Positions 38,685 through 51,744 of a stretch of 64,000 nt of DNA are shown here, in pieces. Source of the stretch: Pocillopora damicornis (lineage: Eukaryota); assembly GCF_003704095.1 (NCBI RefSeq), contig NW_020845260.1, positions 62,001-126,000 on the forward strand, given 5' to 3'. The notes below the pieces were generated by a model. It did no database searches, was not told where the DNA came from, and worked only from the letters and a program-made list of their open reading frames with translations. Position numbers and translations under genes: made by a program. How positions within the stretch are numbered: position 1 is the stretch's first letter; each line of letters opens with the position of its first letter.

Positions 38685-39490
38685 AAGTTATTGTTTGCAA
38701 ATGTGTCCATAGTTCAAAATCTGTTTTAGTTTTACATTCAATCGAACAAATCAAAATTTCATCAGACTTTTATGCTCGTACGAACCTTTCTTTATTTAGA
38801 GGTCATTAAGTCTGAGATAGACCAAAATGCTAAAAATATAATCCAAGCACATGTTCACATACCGGTTGCAAATGAAATTGCGTCGGGATTACTTGCCAAG
38901 ATGTCAGCTGTATCACAGACACCTCAAACAAAACAAAAAAATAATAATTCCACAGCGACGGATCGTTGAAGCAGGTCATAGAGAGAAAGATAAAGCTGAC
39001 CTCGCAAGAGGACACGAAAAACGACTAAGTAAAAACAGGGGCACCTACCGTCCAAGATGGAGGTCGTGGGTTCAATTTCGATCGGTGCCTTTCTTATTTC
39101 TAGCGAAAACATTTGCAAACTGCACCCAATAAGTCAGTGAGAGTTAGTAAACAGAGGAAAGTCATCTTTACGAGCAGAAGGAGAAATAAGATATACCTTG
39201 CTATACAGCAAGAGTTAGGAGGATTGGAATTTCAAAGGTACTAGGCCTTATTTGCACGGTCCAGAACTCATAGAATGACAACAGCTCAGACAATTCCCCG
39301 TTTATTATCTCTAAACAATAAGACACAGTTTATTAGATTTACTTCGTCTGATTACATTGACCGGGTTGTTTGTATTTCCGTTTTCACATGTGCTTCACAA
39401 AGATTTCAAATTCGTTTCTCATGAATACCACAAAGAGTTTTTAATGAGATAAAAATGGCAATTTTTCTTGTCACCTGTGAAAAAAAATAT

Positions 39491-39562
39491 CTCCCCGGCG
39501 GGGAATCGAACCCCGGTCTCCCGCGTGACAGGCGGGGATACTCACCACTATACTACCGAGGA
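39491..39562 (-). tRNA. tRNA-Asp-GTC: tRNA-Asp(GTC)
   Basis: Identical to the 7001 and 22330 copies. Confidence 0.97.
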
Positions 39563-41367
39563 CCTCAGTGGAAACACAATCTAATGAATAATAACTGACC
39601 TATAGAGAACCAGTAGTTTTGAAAACAATTTCAGGTTCCTTTAAACATTTTTGTCATTATGACTTTCCGAACAAAGANNNNNNNNNNNNNNNNNNNNNNN
39701 NNNNNNNNNNNNNNNNNNNNNNNNNNNNNNNNNNNNNNNNNNNNNNNNNNNNNNNNNNNNNNNNNNNNNNNNNNNNNNNNNNNNNNNNNNNNNNNNNNNN
39801 NNNNNNNNNNNNNNNNNNNNNNNNNNNNNNNNNNNNNNNNNNNNNNNNNNNNNNNNNNNNNNNNNNNNNNNNNNNNNNNNNNNNNNNNNNNNNNNNNNNN
39901 NNNNNNNNNNNNNNNNNNNNNNNNNNNNNNNNNNNNNNNNNNNNNCAGGATCATTGCCTTTAACTAAAAACAGCCACGAGCTTACCATAGAGTTACTTTA
40001 GTTTGTTTTTACGCTGTGGAAGCTTTGCTAACGTCAGGGAGATTTTCTCAGTTAGAAAAAAACGGTGATGGGATTTAGACCCGCAACTTTGCTAGACAAG
40101 GCACTTCAACCGATTAAACTACAGGGCCCCATGCAATAGTCTTGATTTGCAAAAAACTCATAGCTGATATTGAGAGACAATTGTCACCACAAGCCTGGAC
40201 TATTTCAGGATCTTTTCAAGTGAGCCACAATACAGATGGGCGAGATTGCTTTGTATTTCTATACCCTTGATCATAGTTTCCGGTTATCAATAAAACGTTA
40301 GCGCATGTACGCCAGGTATGACCTACAGTCCAACCGATGTAACCGCTACCTACTTCTAGTTCTTTTGCTTTTTTTCCACTAGAGTTACTCCCGACTAAAA
40401 AAATACTACGGTGGTAGAACAATCCATAGCCATATGACCATTGTCCGTTACCACGACAAACAGCAACAACAGCATCATTAACTCCTTCAGTATCTAATAT
40501 TGCCCAGATTGAGAGACTTATATGAGACATTATAAATGACGACGCTAAAGTAGCTGCTTCGCCTGTTTCCAGACTTCCTTCCACCTTGGAAAAGAAGCAA
40601 AGTTAAGTGGTCGTGAACCTTATTATTCCTAGCGCAAAGGCAGTAAGAATACATCGTAGATGCATTCAAGACTACAAAAGAAACAGTGGAATAGAAGAGA
40701 AAATTCCCCTGATATAGAATATCCCAAAAGAAATCCGAAATCACGTTTTTCGTTCATTTTGTCAAGGCAGCCAAAGTCGAATAAGAAAGAAAGTAATCGA
40801 GGGCCTAGCATACTAAGGTAATCTTTATTCACTTTCAAGGTGACTATCTGTCAATTGCATTGCCGAAAAAGAATCAAATTTAAGGAGAATTCATGCAGAC
40901 TTCAGATAAACAAACGACACTTGTCGGAATCAAAGCTTTGCTACACCAACTACTCGTGAACAGCTTTTTCGCCTAGTAGTTTGATGTGACCTTGCCAGCC
41001 TCTGTATTCCAATTATTTGGCGGGAATCGCACCAGAGAAAGCTCAGACGAAATTAAATATTCCATGCACATGTTGGCGAAGAATCGCAAAAGTTAATCGT
41101 ATGGATTAAATTTAATATAATTTCGCGAAACCCTGTCGTTCGCTCTGTCTATGCGAAATCATTCTCTCCACGTTTTCGACGTCTTTCTGCTGTCTATGAT
41201 TATGTTAAAAATTGATCCTTTGACTCTTGAATTACTATCAAACGTGGACTTAAAATGAAACTTTCGAGAGTGCGTAACTCGCGTGTCACCCCGACTTCAC
41301 CAGCCAGTCAGCAACAGGAGTGACAGGCAAACAAAAACTCTGTCCACATCATATTTCACAGCAAAAC

Positions 41368-41398
41368 GGGCCTGTCCGGGAGTCGAACCCGGGACCTC
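41368..41398 (-). pseudogene. tRNA-Pro 3' fragment
   Basis: gggcctgtccgggagtcgaacccgggacctc. Confidence 0.75.
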
Positions 41399-42216
41399 CC
41401 ACTTTGTTGTATTCTTTAAATCAGATGTCACCCAGGGCCAAACATAACCCGAGTTTCTTAAAGTGACTGGCCAAGACACACAGGAAGATGCTGTGTGTCG
41501 AGAGGAATGTAAGGATGAACAAGCGGACTCCTTTTTTTCCCGTTGGGCATTGGACATTGGGCTTTAATGTCAATGTTAAGCCGCAGAAAGAATTAAATTC
41601 TTTGGATGTATTGTGATAACGGGGATGCAAATTATATGGTTTCCGGTTTCTCTGGCATATTTTCCTAAAATTTTATTTGACCAAGATTGAGTATCTATAA
41701 TTATATGTCACAACAAATTCCCAAGTTCATGTACATACCTTCAAGTGTTCATACTGAGCTTTCAAAAAAAATTGGTTGATTAGAGCTACGACGTTAGTCA
41801 CTTCATGATAAACCCAGTTCATAAGGTTGGTTCACTTATCAGTTGGAATGAAGATGAATTTTAAACCTATGGCCTTTCCCTGTATCTTCTTTTAAGTTTG
41901 ATTTAAGCATATGGTTCAAAGCTTCGAAAATTCAGATATCATCGACTTTGACAGGCTGTGAACGTACTTAATTGGTTTTCGTCCACTTTTCTTCTCACCA
42001 GTGTTAATTAAACACTAAGTCGGAGGAATAATGAAACATCATCAACGACCTTTTTGTAGCAACTATTTACAGAATTGTGGTATTCAAGGGTTAACATGTG
42101 AGGAAATTAACAGTTGGATAGATGAGGGGGGAAAAATGGCTTCTTTGGTCCGTGTGAGGAGTCAAAAGTGGTGACTAAGCGTAATATCCCATTGTAAAAT
42201 AAATAAAATCTTTAAA

Positions 42217-42289
42217 TAGAGTATCCGGGCATCGATCCTTATACCTTCCGTAAGATAAGCGGGCGCTCAACGATTTGAGCTGATTCCCC
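42217..42289 (-). pseudogene. tRNA-Ala relic
   Basis: Full length, heavily substituted Ala body. Confidence 0.72.
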
Positions 42290-42793
42290 AACACGTTTAT
42301 CACGTGGTTTACCACCGCACCTGTAGGTATTTTATTAACATTTCTAGTTTAACTCACTGTGGACATCATTCAAGGCCGGCCACGGGCCATCAGACGTGCA
42401 AGGCTATTTTACTACATGAAGGATGGTCTATCCAACGAAAACAAATACGTTGACCCTCTCTTTTTTTTAAGAAAAACTACAACAACCACTACACTCGACA
42501 TAACAGACAAATACCTGATAGGTCCGTTGTTGGTGCGCGTGTTGGTCGTACTCACAACCTTGTTATCCGCACCACGCTTTGCCGACTGGGCTCATGGACA
42601 AGTCATACGATACCAAAACTATGTGAAGAATTATTTTTATCATATTGCGTCTCTTAGATTTACTCAGTAGAACTGATCGATCAAGATAAACTATTTTGAC
42701 AGATTATTAATTCTAATTAGGGGGCCGGATAACCTCTATTCCGGAAAGGTAGGAGGCAAATTGGTTTCTCTATCATCGGAATGTGCTATGTTT

Positions 42794-42866
42794 GGGGAAT
42801 TAGCTCAAGTGGTAGAGCGCCCGTTTTGCATGCGAAAGGTACCGAGATCGATACCCTTTTTCTTCA
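42794..42866 (+). pseudogene. tRNA-Ala(TGC) pseudogene
   Basis: 5' half intact; acceptor 3' strand and T stem broken. Confidence 0.8.
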
Positions 42867-44269
42867 TTTTGTGCCCAGTTCCTTTTGTTTATTCTCAGAA
42901 AAAAGCTCGCCTTCTAAAATGATGACTATGCATCGCCTTTGTAAACTTCAACAAAAACGCGTTCTAAGCCATGTTCAATTTGGCCGAACCTTTTATCTGG
43001 ACATTTATTTTTGTAAATAGTGTCAGGAGGGCCGAAAGCTAATAGTGGAGGAATTTTCATTCAATTAAACCAACCCATAAAGAACCCCTGAGGCCCACTG
43101 GTTGCGTAAAACAGCGGTTTGGGTTAGACCTTGTGTAAATATGCCCCAAATGTCCAAAGAAAGGATCACTAGGCGGATAGCGAGGCTTCTAACTCGCATG
43201 CCTCGTCATAAATCAAATTTCACAAGAATTGTTAAGGAGGATAAAAACCATTTTAAAATCGTGTCTAGGAAAGTGTTGTTCTCTTCGTTCTCAGACAATC
43301 GATTAAATTTTCTGCAAAAATTCTTTTAATGCACATTCAATAAATTCAATTTTCTATGGCGACGGTGGAAAGCTGTCTAAATATTCGATTCAAAGAATAT
43401 ATCTAAAGGCAAAATTAGAACCTTGACTGATATCATTAAAAAAATTTTAGAAAATTAGGATGTGTGCGCACCAAGAAACAACTCAAAACATTTACAGAGG
43501 TTTTCACCGTCGCTACTGAAAATTGAATCAATTGAATGTGATTTACACAAACTTTGAAAAGAAATCAATCGGATGGGAAGACATTTTTGGAGTCATTTTT
43601 GTGGTTAGTCTTTCCTACAACTTTAAGTAAGTCCGAAGAAAACCAAAAACTTGCATGCAATCTCAGGCACTAGTAGACTGTCGTAAAGGACGTTGGCCGT
43701 AGCATCTTCTTTTAATTACTTTTATCCACTTTAAGATGCCATTTACTACCAGAAACGTCGTCACAAATGAAAAAATACGACGGTAAGGGAACAATCCATA
43801 GCCATATAACAATGGTCCTTTACCACAATGATCAGCAACAAGAACATCATTAACTCTCTTATCTTACCCAGTTTGAGAGACTTATGCAAGATATTATTAC
43901 GAGGCTAAAGCAACTGCTTCACTTGTATCGACATCTCCTCCTGCCTTGGAGAAGAAGCAAAGTTTGATGATTGTGAACCTCAGCGTTTCTAACGCAAAGT
44001 TAAGGAGGATAAATTGAAAATGCATTCTAGTCTTGAAGACTACATGAGGAATAACGAAATGGGACAGCAATCAGTTTCATCTGCCACATGATCTATGTAA
44101 AGAAGTCCGTGACAACGTTTTTTTCTTTCTTTCAATCGAGACAACGAAAGTCAGATAAGAAATATAAAAAACAATCGAGGGTCAACATAGGTAATCTTTG
44201 TTTGCTTTCAAGATGATTTTCAGGCAATCCTTTTGCCTGACAATAATAACATTTGAACGCAAAACGAAC

Positions 44270-44272
44270 CGT

Positions 44273-44321
<49 letters not shown>

Positions 44322-44323
44322 GA
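44270..44323 (-). pseudogene. tRNA-Asn(GTT), 5'-truncated
   Basis: Anticodon and T arms intact; 5' 20 nt missing. Confidence 0.82.
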
Positions 44324-45373
44324 CATCTCTTATCCCTTGTAAAAGTATCATCTGGATCAAGATAATTCAAAACTTATAGGGAGAAGGAAGCCGAAATAAC
44401 TTCACGTGGGCCAATTTATGAATACGAATTTTGCAAAAAACACGACGACTATTGAAGCGCCGAGAGGCAGTGATTGTGGAAAAATACTCTGATCGAGAAT
44501 TTAAGGTGAACGGGGAAGTTTGACGTCGTTATAGAGTTACATTACGATAATTTGGTCTCCTCCACATTGCAATAATTTGGTGCACGGTTTCAATAAGGAT
44601 TTGCATACGGCTATCTTCGTTATTGTTTTAAGAGTTTTATTGCTGGAAATTTTTGACCCGTTACTGGCATAAGGTCACATTTATTGGTGTTTTCCGATTA
44701 CTGACGTTATCTCTATTTAAGACGTCCGGATTTTCAGATTTTTGTGCTGATTGCACCTAAAATTTGTATTTATGCATTTGCTACTGTTTAAAGTCATGCA
44801 AGCATCCGGTTCAAGATTCAGATTTCACTAATTTAAACAAGTTGTGAACATAAATATTAGCGTCCATTCGCCTTTTTTGCTCTCCTATATTAATTTAGCG
44901 CTTGGTCAGAGGAATAAAACACCTACGATTTTTCTGGCGCTATTTTTCGGAACTGTTAATCAAATACATCCTTAATGATTTAAACATATATAACAAAAAG
45001 CCCCATTTGACCGTTAGATGGTTTTAAAAAAAACATTTTCTTTGTTGGTCTACGTCATAGTCGAACGCACCATCTTGGTCTTATCCAAACCACGCTTTGT
45101 CAACTGAGTTAATGAATAAGTCAGTTAGTACCAAAAATAATTGAACAATTCTTTTACGTTTTATTCTTCTCAGAGGTTCCCAGTAAAACTGATCTGTTAC
45201 GATAAAAGAAAATGATGATGAGCATGGTAGATAAAAAGGAGGTGGGTACACCCTATACTGGAGAGACTGAAGGCCGAGTGCTGACAATTGGCTTTCTTAT
45301 ATTAAAGAAATGTTTGTGATAATTAATTAATTGAAGCCAAAAAAAAGACCGGACTGAGCTATTTTATAGGATT

Positions 45374-45446
45374 GGGGGATTAGCTCAAATGGTAGAGCGC
45401 CCGCTTTGCATGCGGAAGGTACCGGGATCGATACCCGGATTCTCCA
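45374..45446 (+). tRNA. tRNA-Ala-TGC: tRNA-Ala(TGC)
   Basis: 73 nt, G3:U70, loop TTTGCAT, C27.A43 mismatch. Confidence 0.85.
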
Positions 45447-45791
45447 GTTAGAACCCAATTCCTTTTGTCTCTTTTGTCTCACGCTTACAGAAACTTGAAA
45501 TTTCAAAAGAAAGGCAACTGCGCGTGTACCCTGGCTTATGATGTTAATCATAAAAATTACAATCTCCTCGATTGTGATTGGTCTAAAAAACTCCTATTTT
45601 CCATCAATTCACTTGCCAAGTTGTTATCGGACAGTTTGTTATCAGACAGTTCAATAAGGCAGTCACATTCAAAGTTATAGTTCAAACCAACCAATCACAT
45701 TCAATGCTGTAGTTTAAATCAACCAATTACCACTCAAACCTCTGATGGTCAGCCAGGAGTGTGTAAGGCTTGATACGATCTCAAGGGTTCG

Positions 45792-46829
45792 TTTTACTCG
45801 AGGTGTTTGAGAAACTAAAATTTGATCAATTATACCGCTGTAGTCACACCAGTCACTTCGGATAATATGTCGGGATTCCTGACTGGGGATTCTTGCTGTT
45901 CCGCTTTATTAGAGCTAACTGATGATTGGCGCCAGGCTCTTTACAATAAAAAGGATGTAGCGGTGGTCGCTGTTGACCTATCCAAAGCGTTTGACACGAT
46001 TTGCCATAATTTATTACTAGGAAAAATGAAAGGTTACGGCGTTCACGATTCTGCCATAAAGCTTATTCAGTCATATCTATCAGGCCGCTTTCAACAAGTA
46101 AAATGCAACGGGAAGGTGTCCGACTGGCTGCCTTTCCGCTGTGGAATGTCGCAAGGGAGCCTTCTAGGTCAGCTTTTTTAAATATCTTTCTGAATGATAT
46201 CAATTAATCAGCTGGATCTTCCTCCCTACGTCTATATGCTGATGACACAACACAATATATAGTCCATGAAAGCCGCCGGCACACTTAAATCTACACTGAA
46301 TCAAGAGATTAACACTTTGGTTCACTGCGAATTACCTGCAAGTAAACGCTACCAAAACTCAGGCGATGACACTGGGGAAATCTCAGTAACCATACAATCT
46401 TTTTATTGGTGACAAATCCATCGAAATTTAACTAACTCTCAAGATTCTTGGCGTTACATTGGGTCGGGATTTGTCTTTCAAGCCCCACGTTGCAATTATG
46501 CTGAAAAGAGCGTATACTAAGATAGCCGCAATACGGAGGATTAAGCTCTTTGTTACTTCAGACGTTATGATTTCTCCTTATAAAGCCTACGTGTTACCGC
46601 ATTTAGAATACTGTTGCCCACTACTTCTGGGCATATCTGGGCACATTTTTACATACTCTAAGGCTTACGTAATATTTATACATATTTTTTAATGTTTGTA
46701 TATGCATAACTCACATTTTATCTTGTTTTGTATTTTTAGTTTGTCAAGCGTTTTTAAAATGAGCCTCTGACTCAGAAGATTGTGAAAATACTTCCCACGT
46801 CTTCTACATTAAATAAACTATTCTAAACT
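45792..46829 (+). mobile_element. Decayed CR1/L2-type LINE (RT domain to 3' end)
   Basis: DLSKAFDTICH, QGSLLG, LYADDT, LPHLEYCCP motifs with frameshifts; the empty site aagggttcg|attga is at ~9733-9750. Confidence 0.9.
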
Positions 46830-47197
46830 ATTGAACAAAGCTGTCTGGCTGTTGATCACAGCTCAGAAGAAGGACCATTTTACAATTAAATTGCACTCTT
46901 TTCTCGATTGTATACTGCTTGTTAGGACCTGATATCAATTCTAGTCGATCCTGGTACCACTTTCAGTACCAGCTCAAAGTCTATCGGGATAGCAGAAAAA
47001 ATTACGTTGGCACTGCGTGAACTATGGGATGGAGGCGCGCGGAAAAGCGTTAACACGGCGGTGACTGTCGCACCGACTTAATTACTTACTAACTTAGTCA
47101 CTCACTCATTTATCCACCCACTCCCTTACTTACCTACCCACCCACCAACCCACTCACTCACTCACATACTTTCTTACTTATTTACTTAATTTTATTT

Positions 47198-47270
47198 GGT
47201 GCGTTAGCTCAGTCGGTAGAGCATGGTGCTGATAACGCCAAGGTCGTGAGTTCGAACCTCACACGGACCA
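47198..47270 (+). tRNA. tRNA-Ile-GAT: tRNA-Ile(GAT), one acceptor mismatch
   Basis: 73 nt, TGGTG-CTGATAA-CGCCA; G4-G69 mismatch; T5 downstream. Confidence 0.75.
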
Positions 47271-47289
47271 AAGAAAACAATATTTTTCT

Positions 47290-48022
47290 GAAGGTCTCTA
47301 GAATAATTTACCTCTAGAGGCAGTTTCATCTCACAAAGTTCTCGGTCTGACCCTGTGTGACACCTTGAAGTGGAACGATAATACCAACGACATCATCTCC
47401 AAAGCGTCCAAGCGACTGCACATTCTTAGGGTCTTGAAGCGCGCTGGGGTCCCTCCGGCGGACCTTGTCACCATCTATAGCGCCTTGGTTCGCTCTGTCC
47501 TAGAATACTCTTCCGTTGTCTGGGCTACCTGCCTTCCTCGCTTCCTCATTGAACAGCTAGAAGCTATCCAGAAGAGGGCTCTGCGAATCGTATACCCTGA
47601 CCCCCACTATCAACAGGCTCTTGCGCAAGCCAACATTACCAGTTTAGAGGATAGACGCGCCCACCTGTGTCTCAAAGTGTGGTACAATATCAAAAATAAT
47701 CCGGCCTGCCAGCTGCACCGTCTCCTCCCTCCCGTGCGATCCGAATGCCACTCTCACCATGTTAGGAACAGTAGCAGTTCTAGCCGTTTTCAGTATAGAA
47801 CAAAACGCTTTGGTTCTAGTTTTTTCCCAGCAATGGCGAAAATCTGGTTATTTTTATTATAGTATTTTATCCATATCCGAATTGTAAATAATTTATAAAT
47901 AGCTTGTAATCCCAGTCGCTTCGAAACAAATGTAACTTTATTTCTTGTATCATGTAGGCACACTGTAATTCATAGTTTTTATGCCATTATGTGTATTTTA
48001 ATAAACCATTATTATTATCATT
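47290..48022 (+). mobile_element. CR1/L2-type LINE 3' end
   Basis: HKVLGLTLCDTLKWNDNT...KRLHILRVLKR...VRSVLEYSSVVW...QKRALRI; ends aataaaccattattattat. Confidence 0.9.
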
Positions 48023-49029
48023 AGTTCAATAACGTTCCACAACGAGGATACTCGCTATAATCTGTGGCAGGGATGAACCACCAAGTTCTATTAAGCTTGA
48101 TTTAACCAAAATATGCCTTTTTCCAAGCACAATTTCATACCCTCGTCAGTACTTTTTTTAGACCTAGAAATTGGTGAAAGTCCCTTGAAACATCAACTTG
48201 AATGACTCATTTTCGGTACTTCTCTTTCTCCTGCATTTGGACTTAAACAGACAAAGTCGCTGAGACGTTCTTGTGATTCCCTACAAAATCATTTTAGTAC
48301 ACTTACTGTAATGGACAAAATCCATAGCCATTTTCGGTCCAAAATTGGCTGAGGAGCCAAACCTTTTGAGGCGGAACACAATCTCGAGCCCAGGGTCATT
48401 TTGGCTCCTTGTCAGCAGTATGGTCGTCAAATAATGACTTCTAGGAGAATAGATTAATTCAATTTCTTTGATTGGTTGGTAGGAAAACAATAGACTCCAC
48501 ACAGAAAGTATGATTTACAGAAGGATCAGGCCAGAAGTAGAGTATCAACAACCCCAAATTTAAATTGCTTTTACTGTTTTTACCGTTGTTTGTTGGTTTT
48601 TTTTTTTGGAAAAGTTTTGAGTGAAAGTTTAAGTCAAAGTTTTCACATGTAAAGTGCCTGTCGATGGGTGAGAAAACATCCAACCAAAACCACTGCATGC
48701 TGCAATGGCGGGAAGGTGTTCTTCATGCAACGATGGATTGCTATCGTTGTTGTCAAAGACTTAAAAGTAGATGGAAACTATTATTTTAATTTCTTTGAAG
48801 TAAAATGCAGAAAAGAAGACATTGTAGAGGCCGTGAAAGCGCACAGAAATGTAAATATGAAAGAGTACGTCATCGGAATAGCCTAAAATAAAAAAGAGCA
48901 AGTTGGAAATGCTTTCTACAATCTTTTATTCAGCATCAAATTCGAGAAGTTTTCATAATATGTAAAGGAAATTGCGAAGAAAAAGGTTCCGTTCTTGAAT
49001 AAACAGAAACGAGGTCTGTCACCATCCAA

Positions 49030-49587
49030 AGCTCAATTAGTAGAGTGCTGCACCGGTATCGCAGAGGTCATGGGTTCAAATCAGTTATTCATCGCTTCAC
49101 GGCTTTATACGAAACCAACATATTATCTAGCTCCTAGTTGGCTTGTTAGCTCAGTTGGTAGAGTGCTGCACCGGTATCGCATAGGTCAAGGGTTCAAATC
49201 CTGTACAGGTCTGATTTTTTTTTTCACGCCTTGTTTTCACTACTGCTCAAGTAGTGTTCATTACTGCAAGGATCGCTTTCATATTCACGTCTTTATCCGC
49301 AGTTCACATATATTATTTTTATATATTTACAGTCATTTATTCATCACTTTACGGGTTTATATGGAACCAACATATTAACTAGCGCCCAGTTGGTTAGTTA
49401 GCCCGGTTGGTAGAGTGCTGCACCGGTATCGTAGAGGTCATGGGTTTAAATCCCGTACAGGCCCGATTTTTTTTTTTCACGCCCTATTTTCACTACTGCT
49501 CAAGTTGTGTTTATCACTGCGAAGATTGTTTTTATATTCACTTCATTATCTGCAGTTCACATGTATGATTATCATATATTCACAATC
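49030..49587 (+). repeat. Tandem tRNA-derived SINE-like repeat, ~252-nt unit
   Basis: Three tRNA-like heads (49030 partial, 49140, 49392) with A/B boxes and ctgcaCCGGTATcgcag arm, each followed by a shared tail. Confidence 0.8.
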
Positions 49588-51337
49588 AGAGTTTAATTCA
49601 TTAAAAATGAAACTATTTACCAATAATAAGTAACCTTCTGTTTAATATTTTGTTAACGAAACATGAAGATACTGAATTAAAAAAGAATTAAATAGCTATG
49701 CTATGGGTTGCATCGCAGACAAACATTCCAGCTGCAATAGTAAAACCTATTATGTTACTACCTACTTGTAGTGTCAAAGCATGTGCCAAATATCAGCTTC
49801 TAGAGGAGAGTGATGAACAGTACAGAAGCCTATGTGTACAGAAACCTGAAACTGCTGGCCTTTATCTCTTACATGTTACAGGGAATAGTACCAAGCCTCC
49901 CTTGAACATTTCAATTGGAGCAGCTTATTAATTTTACAGAAATGAAAGGTTGAGCTGTTGACTTTCTTGATTTCAAGGCCACTGTGAGTGTATTGTTGTA
50001 CAAGAGATGGAAGATGGAAGTCAAGTACCTCCCGTGTGTATGATGTATACTTATGCTGGGAGCTGAACCTTGTCTAAAAACTTACGAATATCATCCTTGG
50101 CATTGAACACTCCATTGGCAACGTAAGTATCACTTTAGTAACTACAAGCAATTTTTAAAACAAGTTGTTTCAGACTAAAAGAAACGCCATTTTTACTTTA
50201 TCTCTCCTGTTAGTGAAGCAATGATTTGGTTTAAACCTTGAAACATCATAAGCTTAAAAACTGCTGATGTGAACCTTCCATATTTGTTTTTTTGTTTTTT
50301 ATTTTATAAAAAACGACCAACTCCTGGCTTGATTTGTCAAACTGAATCATGCAAAAGAAAGAGGCCGGAGTAAACTCAAAGCTTGTAATATTTTCAAGGT
50401 TCAAATTAAATCATTGGTTTACTGTTCCTCGTCATCTTTGGGAGGGATGTGGATATTTGATTCGTATGCATGTGTTTTCAGTAAACTTAGGTTCAAGTAA
50501 TGTTTTGAAAATGTTGCAAAATATAATGCATCAAGTACAAATTTTCATTTTTGCCTTCATTCAGTTATTTTGGAACAAGAGAATAGTACAATACTTGTTG
50601 AATTATTATATTCTGAATTAAATAATAGCAAAGTATACTTCAAAGGGTCAAAAGATAATTTTTCAAACAGGAAAGTATCAAAGTAGTATCAATAAAGAAT
50701 CTTGTATGGCATATTTTCATAGTTAAGTGGATCAAGGAAAAGTTAGAAAAGTTGTCTAACAAAAGGTAGAGCGCCCGCTTTGCATGCGGGAAATAGACTA
50801 TCTTTTTTATCTCATCACTGATCCACCATTTCCATCTTTTCGTCTTTTTGATGAAGTCCAGTTCACATGCACTAAATTTAAACGCGGTAACAAGAAGAAA
50901 GTCTATGGATACACGCGAAGCAGCCGCCTTAGCATTGCTTTTTCACAATGTCTCTAAGTCTCTTAGTCTGGTCAATATAAGATTATGATGGAGTTATTGA
51001 GGTTTCTGTCTTTGTTTATCGTTGTAAAAGACAATTGTTATTTGGATATTATTTAAATATTTATTGCTTTCGATTGATCCGTTGTGACGTCGTTCAAGGT
51101 CGTGAAAGACATCTACAGGGGATGAAAACAATTTCCAAACAAAAAATTATAAGAAATAAGAAAGTAGCTGGCGTTTACTTTGGTTGGGTTGTGGGTAATT
51201 CCTAGCTGGTATAAATGTCCTAACTTCATTATTGATGATCAAAAACCATGATCAATGCTGTAGTACAAGTAAGTTTTCTTTCCTATTTCTTTTTAGTCGT
51301 CTCATAGTTTCCTCCAATAACAATCTAAAATAGTGAA

Positions 51338-51411
51338 GGCGCCGCAGCTCAATTGGTAAGAGCGCCTGTCTAGTGAACAGGAGGTCGTGGGTTCAAGTCC
51401 CATCGGTGCCT
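51338..51411 (+). tRNA. tRNA-Thr-AGT: tRNA-Thr(AGT), near intact
   Basis: All four stems pair; CCTGT-CTAGTGA-ACAGG; U8>C and A37>G; T5 downstream. Confidence 0.75.
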
Positions 51412-51744
51412 CTTTTATTTTTAGACAAAAATAGTTTGCAAACTCACAAAATTAGTAAATAAAGTCTTCTCTATAAGCAGAAGGGAAAATAGATATATTG
51501 CGATACAGCAAGCTTTCTTTTTTCAAAAGAGCGAGGCCTTATTTGTGCAATCCAGAACTCATAAATGACGACAGCTTAAACAGTCCCCCTCTATCATCTC
51601 TATCATCTCGAGAAGGATCTGAACAATAGGACAAGGTTTATTAGATTTGGTCTCTCTGGTGACAATGGTCGGGTTGTTTCTGCTTCCGTTTTCACATGCC
51701 CTTCACCGCTGTTGAGGCGGACGGGATGACTTCAACACTACATC

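Noticed and set aside
48650-48900. Possible coding relic
   Set aside because: No motif I can assign; too short and interrupted
49140-49212. True tRNA-Thr(GGT)
   Set aside because: Lacks U33, has stem mismatches, and is the head of a tandem repeat unit
49939-50121. Isolated exon (ttttacag...gtaagt)
   Set aside because: Splice-like ends, but stops in all three frames and no recognisable product
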